Below, piece by piece: positions 25,020-39,244 of a DNA stretch of 64,000 nucleotides. Within the stretch, counting starts at the first letter, position 1. Each line of letters begins with the position of its first letter. The position numbers were made by a program, and so were the translations under genes. Where the stretch lies: positions 38,316,001 through 38,380,000 of the forward strand of contig NC_083242.1 of assembly GCF_032191835.1 (NCBI RefSeq). Reading direction: 5' to 3'. The notes under the pieces are model-generated. The model saw nothing but the letters and a program-made list of their open reading frames with translations, was not told where the DNA came from and ran no database searches. This stretch comes from Heteronotia binoei. Lineage: Eukaryota.

Positions 25020-26125
25020 AGAGGAGAGGCCATGTTGGATCAGGCCAGTGGCCCATGCAATCCAACTCTGTGTGTCACACAGTGGCCAAAAAAAACCAGT
25101 TGCCATCAGTGGGGCCAGAATTCCAGAAGCCCCCCCAAGCACCAAGAAGACAGAGCATCACTGCCACAGACATAAGAGAAGTTTTCTGTGCAGTTTTGGG
25201 CACCACATTTTAAGAAGGATCTAGACAAGCTGGAGCCGGTCCAGAGGAGGGCGACGAAGGTGGTGAGGGGTCTGGAGACTGAGTCCTATGAGGAAAGGCT
25301 GAAGGAGCTGGGCCTGTTTCGCCTGGAGAGGAGGTGGCTGAGAGGTGAGATGAGCCCCATCTACACTTGGAGGGCTGATATGCTGAGGATGGTGCAGGGT
25401 TGTTTTCTGTGGCACCAGAAGACAGGACCAGAACCAACAGGTTGAAATTTAAAAAAAAAAATCCAGCTCAACATGACAAAGAACTTCGTGACCTTTAGAG
25501 CGGTTCCTCAGCGGAACAGGCTTCCTCCCTGGGAGGTGGTGGGCTCTCCTTTCTTGGAAGTTTTTAGATGGCCAACCGACAGCAATGTTGATTCTGTGAA
25601 GTGGGCAGATAATGAGAAGGAGGGCAGGAAGGGTAGCATCAATCATAGAATCCTGAAGTTGGCAGGGGCCATACAGACCATTTATCCAACCCCCTGCTCC
25701 ATGCAGGATCAACCTAAAACATTAATGCTTAATTCTTGTGGCTCCATCTAACACGCTCAGGGAAATGCTGGGGGCCACTCCGGGGTCAGGCAGTTTGGCC
25801 AGGGATCCTGGAGGGCTTCCCATCTTCTGGGCACGCAGGGGTCCCTGTGGATGTATGTGTGTGGTGGGGAGATATTTGTGCATTGTGCAGGGGGTTGGAC
25901 CAGATGACCCTGAAAATCCCATCGAACTCTGATTCTAAGCCATGTTGGATCAGGCCAGTGGCCCATTCAGCCCAACACACGAGTCGCACAGGAGCCAAAA
26001 GCCAGGTGCCCTCAGGAGGTCCACCAGTGGGGCCAGAACTTCAGAGGTTCTCCCACTGTTGCCCTGCCCCCAAGCACCAAGAATGCAGAGCATCACTGCC
26101 CCAGACAGAGTGTTGCCCCAGCCCC
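25020..26125. mobile_element. Patchwork of CR1 3' ends (families A and B, both strands)
   Basis: Family B tail (-) 25020-25180, family A ORF2 end (+) ~25185-25640, short (-) end ~25641-25720, (+) 3' end 25745-25935, family B tail (-) 25935-26125. Confidence 0.75.
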
Positions 26126-26587
26126 TTGTAGCTAAGAGGCGCTGATGGGTGTTGCCCAGCGAGAGCAGTTCTGGGGGCGACACCAAGCAGGAAGTCAGTG
26201 GGGGCTGCAGAGCTGGTCTGAGGCTGCACGCTGCCGCTGGGAGGGGGGCAGAAAGGCCAAGGATGGCCTTTGGCTAGAGGAGGAACTGTTTGGCTAGACT
26301 GCTGGGGCACAGCCGGAGGCCCTGGCACACTCCCCACCGTGGCACAAGCTGCTGCAGCCCCCAGCTGACCCTCAACCACGTTGCTCTCGGCCCAGGCTGG
26401 CCACGGATGACCTTCATTGCCCACCTGCCCCGTCTTCAGGGACAGATGCTGTTCTTTCCCGAGCCCACCGGCCACGAGCTCAGCCAGGGCGACAGCCCAA
26501 TGGGTGCCCATTGCAACCCGGAGGGCTTGGGTCGTTCTCCCTCCCCGCCCCATCAGGAAACCATTCTGAAGATTCCAGATAATGAGC

Positions 26588-26593
26588 TTTATT
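26588..26593 (-). terminator. Probable HMOX2 polyadenylation signal
   Basis: tttatt on + (AATAAA on -), ~470 nt after the HMOX2 stop. Confidence 0.6.
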
Positions 26594-27055
26594 GTGCAGA
26601 GGCCCCATCACAATCCATCAGTTACATGACAGCTCAGCGGTCAGGCTCTCTCCGCCCCTCAGTCTCCTCACCTGGCCCTGAAGGCTGGCGCTGGGAACCT
26701 TCCCCGGGCAGGATTCTGCAGCCACCCAGGGCAGCCTAAGCCAGGGATGGGGGGCTGCGTCCCCTCGCCCCCACCAGCAGAGCGCTGCCTCCGCCGTGGC
26801 CTGAGCCAAGAGAGGAAGACAGGCCGGGGCTCGTCCCAGTGGGCAGCAGCCGCCCGGGGCCCCAGTCACTAGCTAACCATTGCGGGGGTGAGGGTGGGGG
26901 GTGGTACCTTCCTCAGATGCAAGAGGCAGTGCTCGTTTGTTGTGCATGGGGTTTTTAATGGCTCCTCCCCCTGCGGGAGGGAAGGAGGGAAGGAAGGCAG
27001 CGAGTCCTGCCAGGCGAGCGCAATCTCCTCTTCCTCGGCCACCAGGGGCACTGCC

Positions 27056-30000
27056 TCACATCACGTACCAGGCCGCCACTCCCGCCAAGAGGGCCAGGCA
27101 GGCAGCAAGCACCAGCTGGACAGGGGGCTGCCTCAACATGGCCACGGTGAGATGGCAGGGGCAGCCGGAGCCCTCACTGCTGGCTGCGGGAGGGAGAGAA
27201 AAGGGAAAGGGCCGTTAGCCAGAGAAGGGGGGGGGCATGAGCAACCAGAGGGGCAGGAGGAGGAGGAAACCCACCGAGCTTGGCAGCGTAGTAGGGACAC
27301 CTGCGCGGGTCTCCTCTCCCGTCGTGCAGGGCGAGGGGGTCCTCCTGGACCTCTTCCGTTAGCAGCGCCCCGATCTTGTCCAGTTCATCGAAAACCTGTA
27401 GGAAGCCGAGAGGGGCCATGAGTATGCATGGCATGGTCTTCTCCCACCCTCCGGTAGCTAGCAAGTCTGGGGGAACCAGGGGTGGGGGAGGGAAGGATGC
27501 TGCAGGGAGACTACTCAGAAACCACGGACCACTGGAGGAACCTGCCCAGCCCAGAGGCACTGCCTGAATAGCGGGCACTACGCTCAGGCTCTCAAAATCT
27601 TTTAGCAATCCCTGGACCAAAAGAAGTACGTTTGGCCGTCGCCAGGGCCTTTTCTGTGGCGGCCCCCACATGGTGGAATGCCCTTCCAGAAGAAATCAGA
27701 GCTCTGCGGGACCTGGTACACTTCCACAGGGCCTGCAAGACCGAACTCTTTCAGCTTGCATTTAGCACCTGAGGCAGGCAACCGCTATGTTATAATATTT
27801 ACACCACAGCTCTGAGAGCCTGACGGGCACGATGATAACAACATCTGAGCGCCAACATAGCAGCAGCAATAATGGCAGCAATATGCAAGCGCCAATGCAG
27901 CAATAGCAGCGATGGGAAAGCAAACCTTGGATGACCAGCTGATAGTTTTGTAAACTGTTATACTGTTGTTTTATTATATTGGCTTGTTTTTAAGCTGAAT
28001 TGTTGTTTGTAAAATGTTGTTAGCCACCCAGAGCCCGCAAGGGGAGGGCGGGACACAAATCTGATTAAATAAAGTAAAAAAATAAAGCAAAAGAACTGGA
28101 TTTTTCTCCTCTTTTGTTTTTTTAAAAAATATTAACTGGACTAAAACGCAGGCTGAGAGCAGCAGCTGCGGGTCCTTTGCACACAGCACTGGGGGGGGGG
28201 GGGCCCAGGGAGGAAGCCAAGGAGGGCAAAGGAGAGGGGGAGGGGGCGTCTATTCCCTGCCCCCACCCCACCCCCGCTGGCAATAGGCTGGCCGACAGAT
28301 TCCCATCCCAGTTTGCAACCTGCCTTGCATCGCTGCGGATGGTGAGAAATCTTTTATGAAGTGACCACCTTGCAATAGAAGGCTGAAGGGCCCTGCCTGT
28401 CTTCACTGGACAAATCAAGCGGAGACTAAAATGGGAAAAGCTGGCTCTGTTTTTCTAAAGCCCCCCCCCCTCCTCTTGCCCCTGCAAACACCACCCCAGA
28501 GCTGCCGCAGCAGCACCGCCACCCCGACAGAGGCAGGGAAGAATGCGCCCCCCCCACCCCCGCCCACTTAGGCCGCCCCACCTGCACGTTGAACTCGAAG
28601 GCCTTGTTCGCCTCCTGGACGATGCGCTCTTTGGTCCCCTCATCCAAGTCCAGGGCATTCAGCCGGGCTCGGTAGAACTGCTTGAACTGCTGGGGGTTGG
28701 AAATGTTTTCAAAGGCGTAGAACTGGACCCCTTCACCGGTGCTGGGCAGCTTCAGCGCTCGCTGGGCCACCTTCTTCAGCACCTGCCCCCCGGAGAGGTC
28801 CCCCATGTAGCGGGTGTAGGCGTGGGCCACCAGCAGCTCCGGCTCGTGCTGCCCGACGTGATGGATCCGGTCCACGTAGCGCTGAGCCGCCTCTGAGCAA
28901 TGGATCTTGCCCCGCCAGCCTTCCCCGTAGAAATACTCCAGGTCTTTCTCCAGGGCCTCCTTCCGGTGCAGCTCGAGGGGGAAATAGAGAGGCATGAACG
29001 CCGGGTGGTCCTTGTTGCGCTCCATCTCCTCCTCGAGAGCAGAGTACGTGTGGTAGAGAGCTGCTGTCCCCAGCTGCAACAAAGCAGAAGTGCCATGAGG
29101 GGCTCTGTCTGGACCCTCCGCCTCTCCCCGGCCAACAACTCCTTCTGGGATAAACATCCTGCGGAGGAGGGGGGAGTGCTCAGAGGATTGGTTGGCTTCC
29201 TTCATTTAATGCCCGCCTTCTTTGCCACCCAGATTCAAGGCAGGCAGCAACAATTCAAGCAGCTGGCACAAGAAATCCAGCGAACAAGACAAGCCAACTA
29301 GGAGCACCAAGATCTGGAAACGACACATGTTGAAAACTCGCTCCCGAATACAGCATTAACCACAAACAAGTGGAGAGTGAACTGCAAAAAGCCACAAGAC
29401 GGCGCAAAGAGAAACAAGCCACGCTGCATGCAGTAAGTGTTGCAGTGGGGAGGGGCTGCAGCTCACTGGCAGAGCACCTGCTTGGCTCGCAGAAGGCCCC
29501 CGGTTCAATCCCCAGCTGCATCTCCAGTTTAAAAAGGTCCAGGCAGGAGGTGATGTGGAAGAGCTCCACCTATGACCCTGGACAGCCACCGTCATTCTGA
29601 GTAGACAGAACTGACTTGGATGGGCTGATTATCTGGTTCAGTGCAAGGCAGCTTTCTCTTATGTTCTTGGGACGGACCACAGCTCAGTGGTAGAGCCTCT
29701 GCTTGGCATGCGGAAGGTCCCAGGTTCAATCCTCGGCATCTCCAGTTGAAAGGACCAGGCAGGAGGTGATGGGAAAGACCTTGACCTGAGACCCTAGCTC
29801 ACTGGCAGAGCCTCTGCTTGGCATGCAGAAGGTCCCCGGTTCAATCCCCGGCAGCATCTCCAGTTCAAAGGACCAGGCAGTAGAAGATGTGAAAGGCCTC
29901 TGCCCTGAAGAGCAGCTGCCAGCCTGAGCAGGCAATATGGACCTCGATGGACCAGTTCAGCACAAGGCAAGTTCATGTGTTTGAGAGGAGGAGGAGGCTC

Positions 30001-31584
30001 AGTGGCTGAGCATCTGCTCGGCATGCAAAAGGCCCCCCGGTTCAATCCCTGGCTTCATCTCCAGTTAAAAAGGACCAAGTAGGAGGTGATGGGAAAGACC
30101 CTTCTCTGCCTGAGACCCTGGAGAGCCGCTGCCGGTTTGAGTAGGCAAGACTGGCTTTGATAGGCCAAGGGTCTGAGATGGCCCAAGGCAGCTTCGTGTA
30201 TGTTGACTGGACTACAATCCCGTTTCCACTATGAAAGCACCCTCCTAGATTGTCCCACTATGCTGCAGTTTGGATTCCTCTCCACGAATGTTCTCCTAAA
30301 CAGGACAGTTTAGCACATAAAGGGAATGGCAGTTTTTGGCAGGTTTGGGGTTTTTCAAGGGGCCTCCTGATGAGGCTTTACAGAAAAGGAAAATGACAGA
30401 GGCGAATAGTTGCCAGTAATTCAAACGCAAACCATGCGCAATTTTATGCCAGTGCGCAAACACAACCACACCCCCGGTGTACATTTATTACTTATTGTGA
30501 GACTGAGAGGATGCTGGTTTCTGACAGAACTTTATGGATCATTATTAACCTGTCAGTTATCACTCATGTTCAAACACCCATTTGCAGACATGCACATTTC
30601 TAATACTGCCTCTTTGTTAAGCTCCCACTCCAAATGGCCACTTGCTAATTCTAAAAGGCTGCTGAACCCTGATCTATGGGCTGCCCCCCATATCCGGAGG
30701 GCCAGGTGAATGAAACAAGGACACACCTTGAAGAGCTGCCTCTTGATTTTCCCTTTCAGGAAGTCTTTGACGAACGGCGTGTTCTCTGCCCGGTCGTGCA
30801 GCTCTTTGGTCCCTTCCTTCAACAGCTCTGACAAGTCCGTGGGGCTGTGGGAAGAGGGAGGGACACGTGTGACAAGGCGAGGGGGTGGTGAGAGGGGCCA
30901 CAGAAGACGAGGAGGTGCACTTTGATTTGGCCTGTTCCTGCGTCTGGCCTATGGGGCAAAGTGCTCCAGCACTCAGCACAGTTTAAGGGAGCGGTGTTGT
31001 GTGGATTCCTGAGGGATGCTGCCGAGGAGCAGGAAACCATCCATTGCCCAAGCAGGCAGGGCCCAAAACTGCTCGAGTGCCAATTAAGCCTCCTTGCTAA
31101 TGACGGAGGGTGAGGAGGCAGCCCCACATCAGCCCAAGCAAGATGCTACTTCACAGGCCTCGCAGGGATCCAGGTCTGCCTTTCCCAGAAGACCAGGACC
31201 ACCACAGCGTGCAACAGGAGGACAAGTGCTCCAGACCTCAGTCTCACTTTCCCAGGAATCAGGGCTTTGCGGCTGCCCTTACTTAAGGGCCGGGCTGAGA
31301 ACCCTGCGTTGGGACAGATTCAATCCCTGAACAGGCTGCTGTTTCCCCTTCTTGACAGCGGAGCGTTAACTCCAGCCTGGAGTCCTGTTTTTAGTGGCTT
31401 TCTTGATACATGCTGGTCTCCTGACTCTCAGTGCCAACCCGAAGGCTGGCATCCCCCTGCCCCTCCCCCCGCCAGGCCACCTCTTCCAATTCAAGGGGGC
31501 TCACCTGCCACTGTCCTCTTCTTCCAGATCTTCATAGGAGAGGTTCTCGGGCTCTTCCAGCCCTCCTGTTGCCTCCGACGACAT
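27056..31584 (-). CDS. HMOX2: Heme oxygenase 2, 312 aa
   Basis: Coding exons 31584-31505, 30844-30727, 29073-28582, 27395-27275, 27183-27056 (939 nt). Proximal His in ELHDRAENT, signature [14 protein letters not shown], two C-terminal CP heme-regulatory motifs (RRCPYY, GCPCH) and a hydrophobic tail anchor. Confidence 0.98.
29447..30203 (+). mobile_element. Four head-to-tail tRNA-Ala-derived SINEs (family S2) in HMOX2 intron
   Basis: Heads agctcagtggtagagc..ctgcttggcatgc.gaaggtccc.ggttcaatccc..gcatctcca at ~29447, 29669, 29795 and 29984; same family at ~12840, 50980 and 62975-63515. Confidence 0.8.
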
Positions 31585-32249
31585 CGTGCTCTAGGCCTGG
31601 GGCTCTGCCACAGCCCCTAAATCTGTCCTGGCCAGAGAGAGAGAGCGAGAGAGCAGGTCAGGCACCCAGAGGCAGGGCTGGGGGGAAACTTGGTTATTGA
31701 TTGGGGGAGCTCAGGATTCTGCTTGCAATTAAAATAAGAAGAAGAAGAAGCCCGGGGAGACTGAAGTGGCACAAAGGGGTCCCTTCCACCTTGGCTTCCC
31801 ACGGCACCTTCTGCAACTGGAAGAAGAAGACGATATTGGATTTGTACCCCACCCTCCGCTCTGAATCAGTCTCAGAGCGGCTCACAATCTCCTCCCCCCA
31901 CAACAGACACCCTGTGAGGCAGGTAGGGCTGAGAGAGCTCTGACAGAAGCTGCCCTTTCAAGGACAACTCCTACGCGCAGGTCAAGAGACCCTCCCGGGG
32001 CACCAAGTGCAGAATACTAAGCCCCTCCTCCCAGGGCGACGTCAGGATCTGGGGCTCTTCCAAGCAGGGCCAGGGAGATGCCCGAGTGGCACGGCCGCTT
32101 GGCCCAGATCCAGGCATTGTCCATCGTGCCGGCCGGCCTGGGAGGGACAAGGGGGCCGTTGCCAACCTCCCGGGCGCTTAGAGCGGGAGGGGACGGGAGA
32201 GTCCCCCCCCCAGAGGCCCTCTGCACATGCCCAGGGGCACCTTCCCGCC

Positions 32250-32560
32250 GCTGGCTCACCGGGCGCCTCCGAGGCCCACTTCCGCGTCTGCTGGCGCTCC
32301 TGGCGGCACCACTTCCGGTCAGCGACTGACCGCCCGAGACGCCCGCCGCGGAAGCCCCGCCCACCCACTGTGACGTCACGCCCCGCCCGGGAGGAGGAGA
32401 GACCCCTGGCGGCGGCGAGGGAGGCACGCATGCGCGGGGGGGGGAGGGAGCCGCGCCTGCGCTCTTCGGCAGCTCGGGCTAGCAGGAGCGAGCGCCGTCT
32501 GGTGGCGGTGGAGTGGAGCGACGGGGTAGGCGCGCGTGCGCTCTCCAGCATCCCCGGCCG
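32250..32560. promoter_or_regulatory. Bidirectional HMOX2/NMRAL1 CpG-island promoter with non-coding first exons
   Basis: HMOX2 exon-1 donor (gctcac on + at 32253-32258), ETS motif ACTTCCGG, palindromic CRE TGACGTCA 32371-32378, GC boxes, NRF1-like CGCATGCGC ~32427, possible NMRAL1 donor GGG|GTAGGC at 32525/32526. Confidence 0.75.
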
Positions 32561-33129
32561 GAGGGGGAAGCGCGCCCTCTGCTGGCCCAGGCGCGGAGCT
32601 GCCTGCCCTGCCCGTCGGGCTCCGTACACGCGACTCTCTGCGGGCGTTCCCACGTGGCGCGGGCACTCCTCCCTCCCCGCGAGCCTGCTGCCACCACCCC
32701 CGAGCTGAGACGCCGCGCCCTGGCGGGATGTGCCCCTCTCCCTCGTACTGAGCCCCTGGCTGCCCCCTCCCGACGTCGGGGCTTCTTGGCTCTCCCCTGC
32801 GCGGGCGCGGCTTGGGGGGGCGGGGCGGGCGCCGCCGTCGAGTTCTGGCTGCTGCTGCTGCTGCTACTGCTGGAGCTTGGACGCCGCGCTTGGCGGAGCG
32901 CGTGGAAGGGGCGCCCCAAAGCCGCGGGCAGGGACGGGACGGCTGGGAGCAGGCGAGGAGGTCCGCTCCCCCTGCCCTTCAGCCGTCCTCAGCCTGCCTT
33001 TCTCCCCGGCGGCCTCTGTGCCTGCTGATCCTCAAGGTTGGGGGGCTGGACCTTGGAGCCCCTCTCTCCCCCCTTGGTTGAAGCCTCCAGGCGGACTGCA
33101 GAAGAGCTGCGGGGCGGGGGCCCCTCCAG

Positions 33130-36130
<3,001 letters not shown>

Positions 36131-36454
36131 GAGGCGGAAGGCTTCTGCTCCCCTCTGAAATGGGAAGGGCAATTTGGGGCCAGTCTCAGCCTCCATCTTG
36201 GGTCCTCCGAAGGGGCAGGAACCCACATGCAAAGAAAGGGGGGGAAGACACATCACTCAAAGAGGGAGGTGAAGCCACCGAACTCTGAGCCTTCCCCAAC
36301 GGCAAACCCACAAAGTCCTCTTCTGTCCCCCAAAGGGCCTTATATCTACTAGTAATCTCTGGCCCAAAGCTCTGTCTATTGCACCCCGGAAAATCTAGAC
36401 CTGGCTCTTCAAGCCGTGGCATCTTGGCTCAGGCTGAGTTGGTTGAAGCGGAAT

Positions 36455-37362
36455 CTGACAAAGACGGAGGTTCTACCTGAGCCGGGGGGGGGTGGGGGGG
36501 GGAAGAGATCCTTCTGCCGGCTCTTGACGGGGTGTCACTAATACTGGTCCTTAAGGTCAAGAGCTTGGGTGTGCTCTTTGAGTCCTCTCTTACAATGGAG
36601 GCCCAGGTAGCAGCCACTACTAGAGCCGCCTTTTTTCATCTCCGGCGGGTGCAGCAGTTGGCCCCTTTCCTGGAGCATGACGACTTAGCAATGGTGATCC
36701 ATGTCACGGTCACCTCAAGAATAGATCACTGTAATGCTCTCTACATGGGGCTACCCTTGGCGCTGACTCGGAAACTACAGCTAGTGCAGAACACTGCGGC
36801 ACGGCTGTTAATGGGGCTCCCCCGATGGGAGCACATTCGGCCAGTGCTGAAAGAGCTGCACTGGCTACCTATTGTGTTCCGAGTCCGTTTCAAGATGTTG
36901 GTATTGACCTTTAAGCCCTTTATGGTCAGGGACCTGTCTATCTGCGGGACTGCCTTTCTCCACGTTCCCCAGAGAGCACGGTGTTCAGGGACAAAAAAAT
37001 CTATTGTCCATCCCTGGACCAAAGGAGGCTAGGTTGCACCAGAATTGGGGAATGCTCTCCCGGAGGCCATAAGGGCCCTGTGGGATCTTTGCACTTTCTG
37101 CAGGGCCTGTAAGAGCGAATTGTTCCAACAGGCATTTGATATCTAACCGGGGGAGAACTGCCACCCCACGTCATTATGTGATCACCGTCAGAAAAGAACA
37201 ACTCGCTTATATTGTAGTGATAGAGCACCACAAAATGGTTTTAAAATCTTAAATTGTAATTATGTTTTTATTGGTTTTAACTTGTGAATATGAATGTTGT
37301 CAGCCGCCCTGAGTCTGCTTGCGGAGAGGGCAGGATAGAAATTTAAAGTAATAAATAAATGA
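36455..37362 (+). mobile_element. L2-clade LINE 3' fragment
   Basis: ORF 36532-37032: SRIDHCNALYMGLP..KLQLVQNTAARLL..HIRPVLKELHWLP; AT-rich tail ending aataaataaat. Confidence 0.88.
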
Positions 37363-37787
37363 TAAATCTAGCCTCCTCTAAGCCCAGGGCTTTTCCCACC
37401 CTTGTGGAAGGAGCTCCCCAGAGAGAGCAGGGCCCTGCAGGGCCTGTAAACAGCTGTTCCATTCAGCCAGCCGGGCATCTGATACTGCTTGGTCCCTCCT
37501 GCTGAAGCCTGCCTGCCTGCCCCGTTGTAAATTAATTGTAAATCAGTTGGACAGGAAAAACTTCTGGGAAGGAAATGCCTTTTTTTTGACCCAGGTTTAC
37601 TAGCAATAGAATAATTAACAGGCATTCTCACATTCTGACCTGTTACTGTTTTATGGTTTCCCACACTAATGCAACCCAGATCAAAGGTTTTCTGGATTTG
37701 TTAATTTTACTATTCTGCTCTTGGATTTTAACTTTGTACCACTTTGCATTCCAAACCCCACCAGCTCTATGTGGCTCTGCTTACTGT

Positions 37788-37890
37788 CCTCATTCCTCGT
37801 CTGAAGAAGTGGGCATGCACACGAAAGCTGACGTTCTGAATAAAACTAAGTTGGTCTCAAAGGTGCAATCAACTCCTATTTTGTTCTGCT
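37788..37890 (+). mobile_element. Penelope-like element terminus with a hammerhead-like motif
   Basis: CTGAAGA-A-GTGGGCATGCACAC-GAAAGCT, then AATAAA (37839-37844) and ttggtctcaaaggtgc. Confidence 0.6.
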
Positions 37891-39244
37891 CAGTTGTTTC
37901 TTTGGCTGTAACTAAGAGAAAGGTAGTTTTGCCCAGGAATTCATTATATTGGAAGCACTACCCTGTCACAGACCTTGGGATATTATGGTTTTGTAGACTG
38001 CCATCTTTATTGTTTTGGTTGGATGTTTTTAAAGTTTGGAATCCTCTGCGTTGTGACCCACACTGAGCACGTTCGTGGGGAGGACGGGATACAAGTAAAA
38101 TGAAAGAAATGAAAAATTCCAGGGCTGTGGCAGATAAAGGCAGACAGAATGGTGGCCTCCCAAGTGAAGGGGGGGGCCTGCCATTCCTTCATGGGAGCCA
38201 GAAACTGCTTTTCAGTCGCAACAGATGGAGGAAAGAGACTCCAGATGCTGGTGGGGTTGTGCATCTGCTCTCTCCATCAGAATGGCCCAGTCTGTTCACA
38301 TTCAGGAATATTCCTTCCACTTCCCCCTCTCAAATCTCAGCGAGTTTGGAAAAGCAACAATTACAGATTAAACATTTTTTATTGAGCATTTTACTGAACA
38401 TTTCTATTATTTACATTAACTTAGACCAACTTAGTTGGATAGCTATCGGTGCTGCTTGGTAACAGGCGGGGGGGGGGGGAGGAGCACTGAATGCCAGGGG
38501 AAAGGGAGAACGGCAAGGTTGTGGGGTCCTGCGAAAGACTTCAGGGCCCGGATGTGGTGCCCACGTTCACACAGGGAAGGCAGCTCCAGCCCCGATTCAG
38601 AGACTGCTTGCTCAGGTCCTGCTCTCTCTCCCCCCTCTGCCCAAGAGGTGAAGGGAAGAGACCCTCTCTTTCCCCTCTCCCATCCATGCTGCACTTCTGG
38701 GACATCCACACCTGCAAAGTGTCCCTTCTGGCAGGGTGCCCCAGCTTGGGCATGTGGGCCAAGAGAGACATGGGGCTTCATCCCAGAGGACCACAGGCTA
38801 AGCAGCCAAGAGAGCAAGGGCTACAGGCAAAGGAGGATCGTGTCAAGCCACCCCTGGAGCTGGGCTTTTGGCCCCTCCAGCTCAGCTTTCGAGCAAAGGG
38901 CAAAACTCAGGAAGTGCTCCAACCTCTGCGAGGCAGTCCAGGGGAAACAGCTACCACCCCTCCGAGGGGGCAGGAGGGAAAGGGGCCCAAAGATCTCCTG
39001 GCTGCAAAGCCTACAAGGAAGAAGCTGCTGTTCTCAGCCAGGGGGCTGCTCCGAGGGGCTTGGGACAAGCTCAGAGGCTCCTCTGTTTAGAAGAGCAGGC
39101 AGAGACGGGTTTCCTGGCAGCGGCCAGTCCTTCACCATTACTGTAGCTGCTCCACAGTCCCTCCACTGCCTGGGGCATCTGGCTGGCGTTTGCAGCTAGT
39201 TCTGGACTCTTCTCTCCTCCGCCCCGGACTGCAGCCATCTGGCT

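Noticed and set aside
29669-29745. tRNA-Ala-like sequences (also ~50985)
   Set aside because: A and B boxes are present, but acceptor and anticodon stems are degenerate and they run into SINE bodies, so they are SINE heads, not tRNA genes.
36532-37032. 166-aa ORF downstream of NMRAL1 as an extra gene
   Set aside because: It is the C-terminal part of an L2 LINE ORF2 and frameshifts shortly afterwards.
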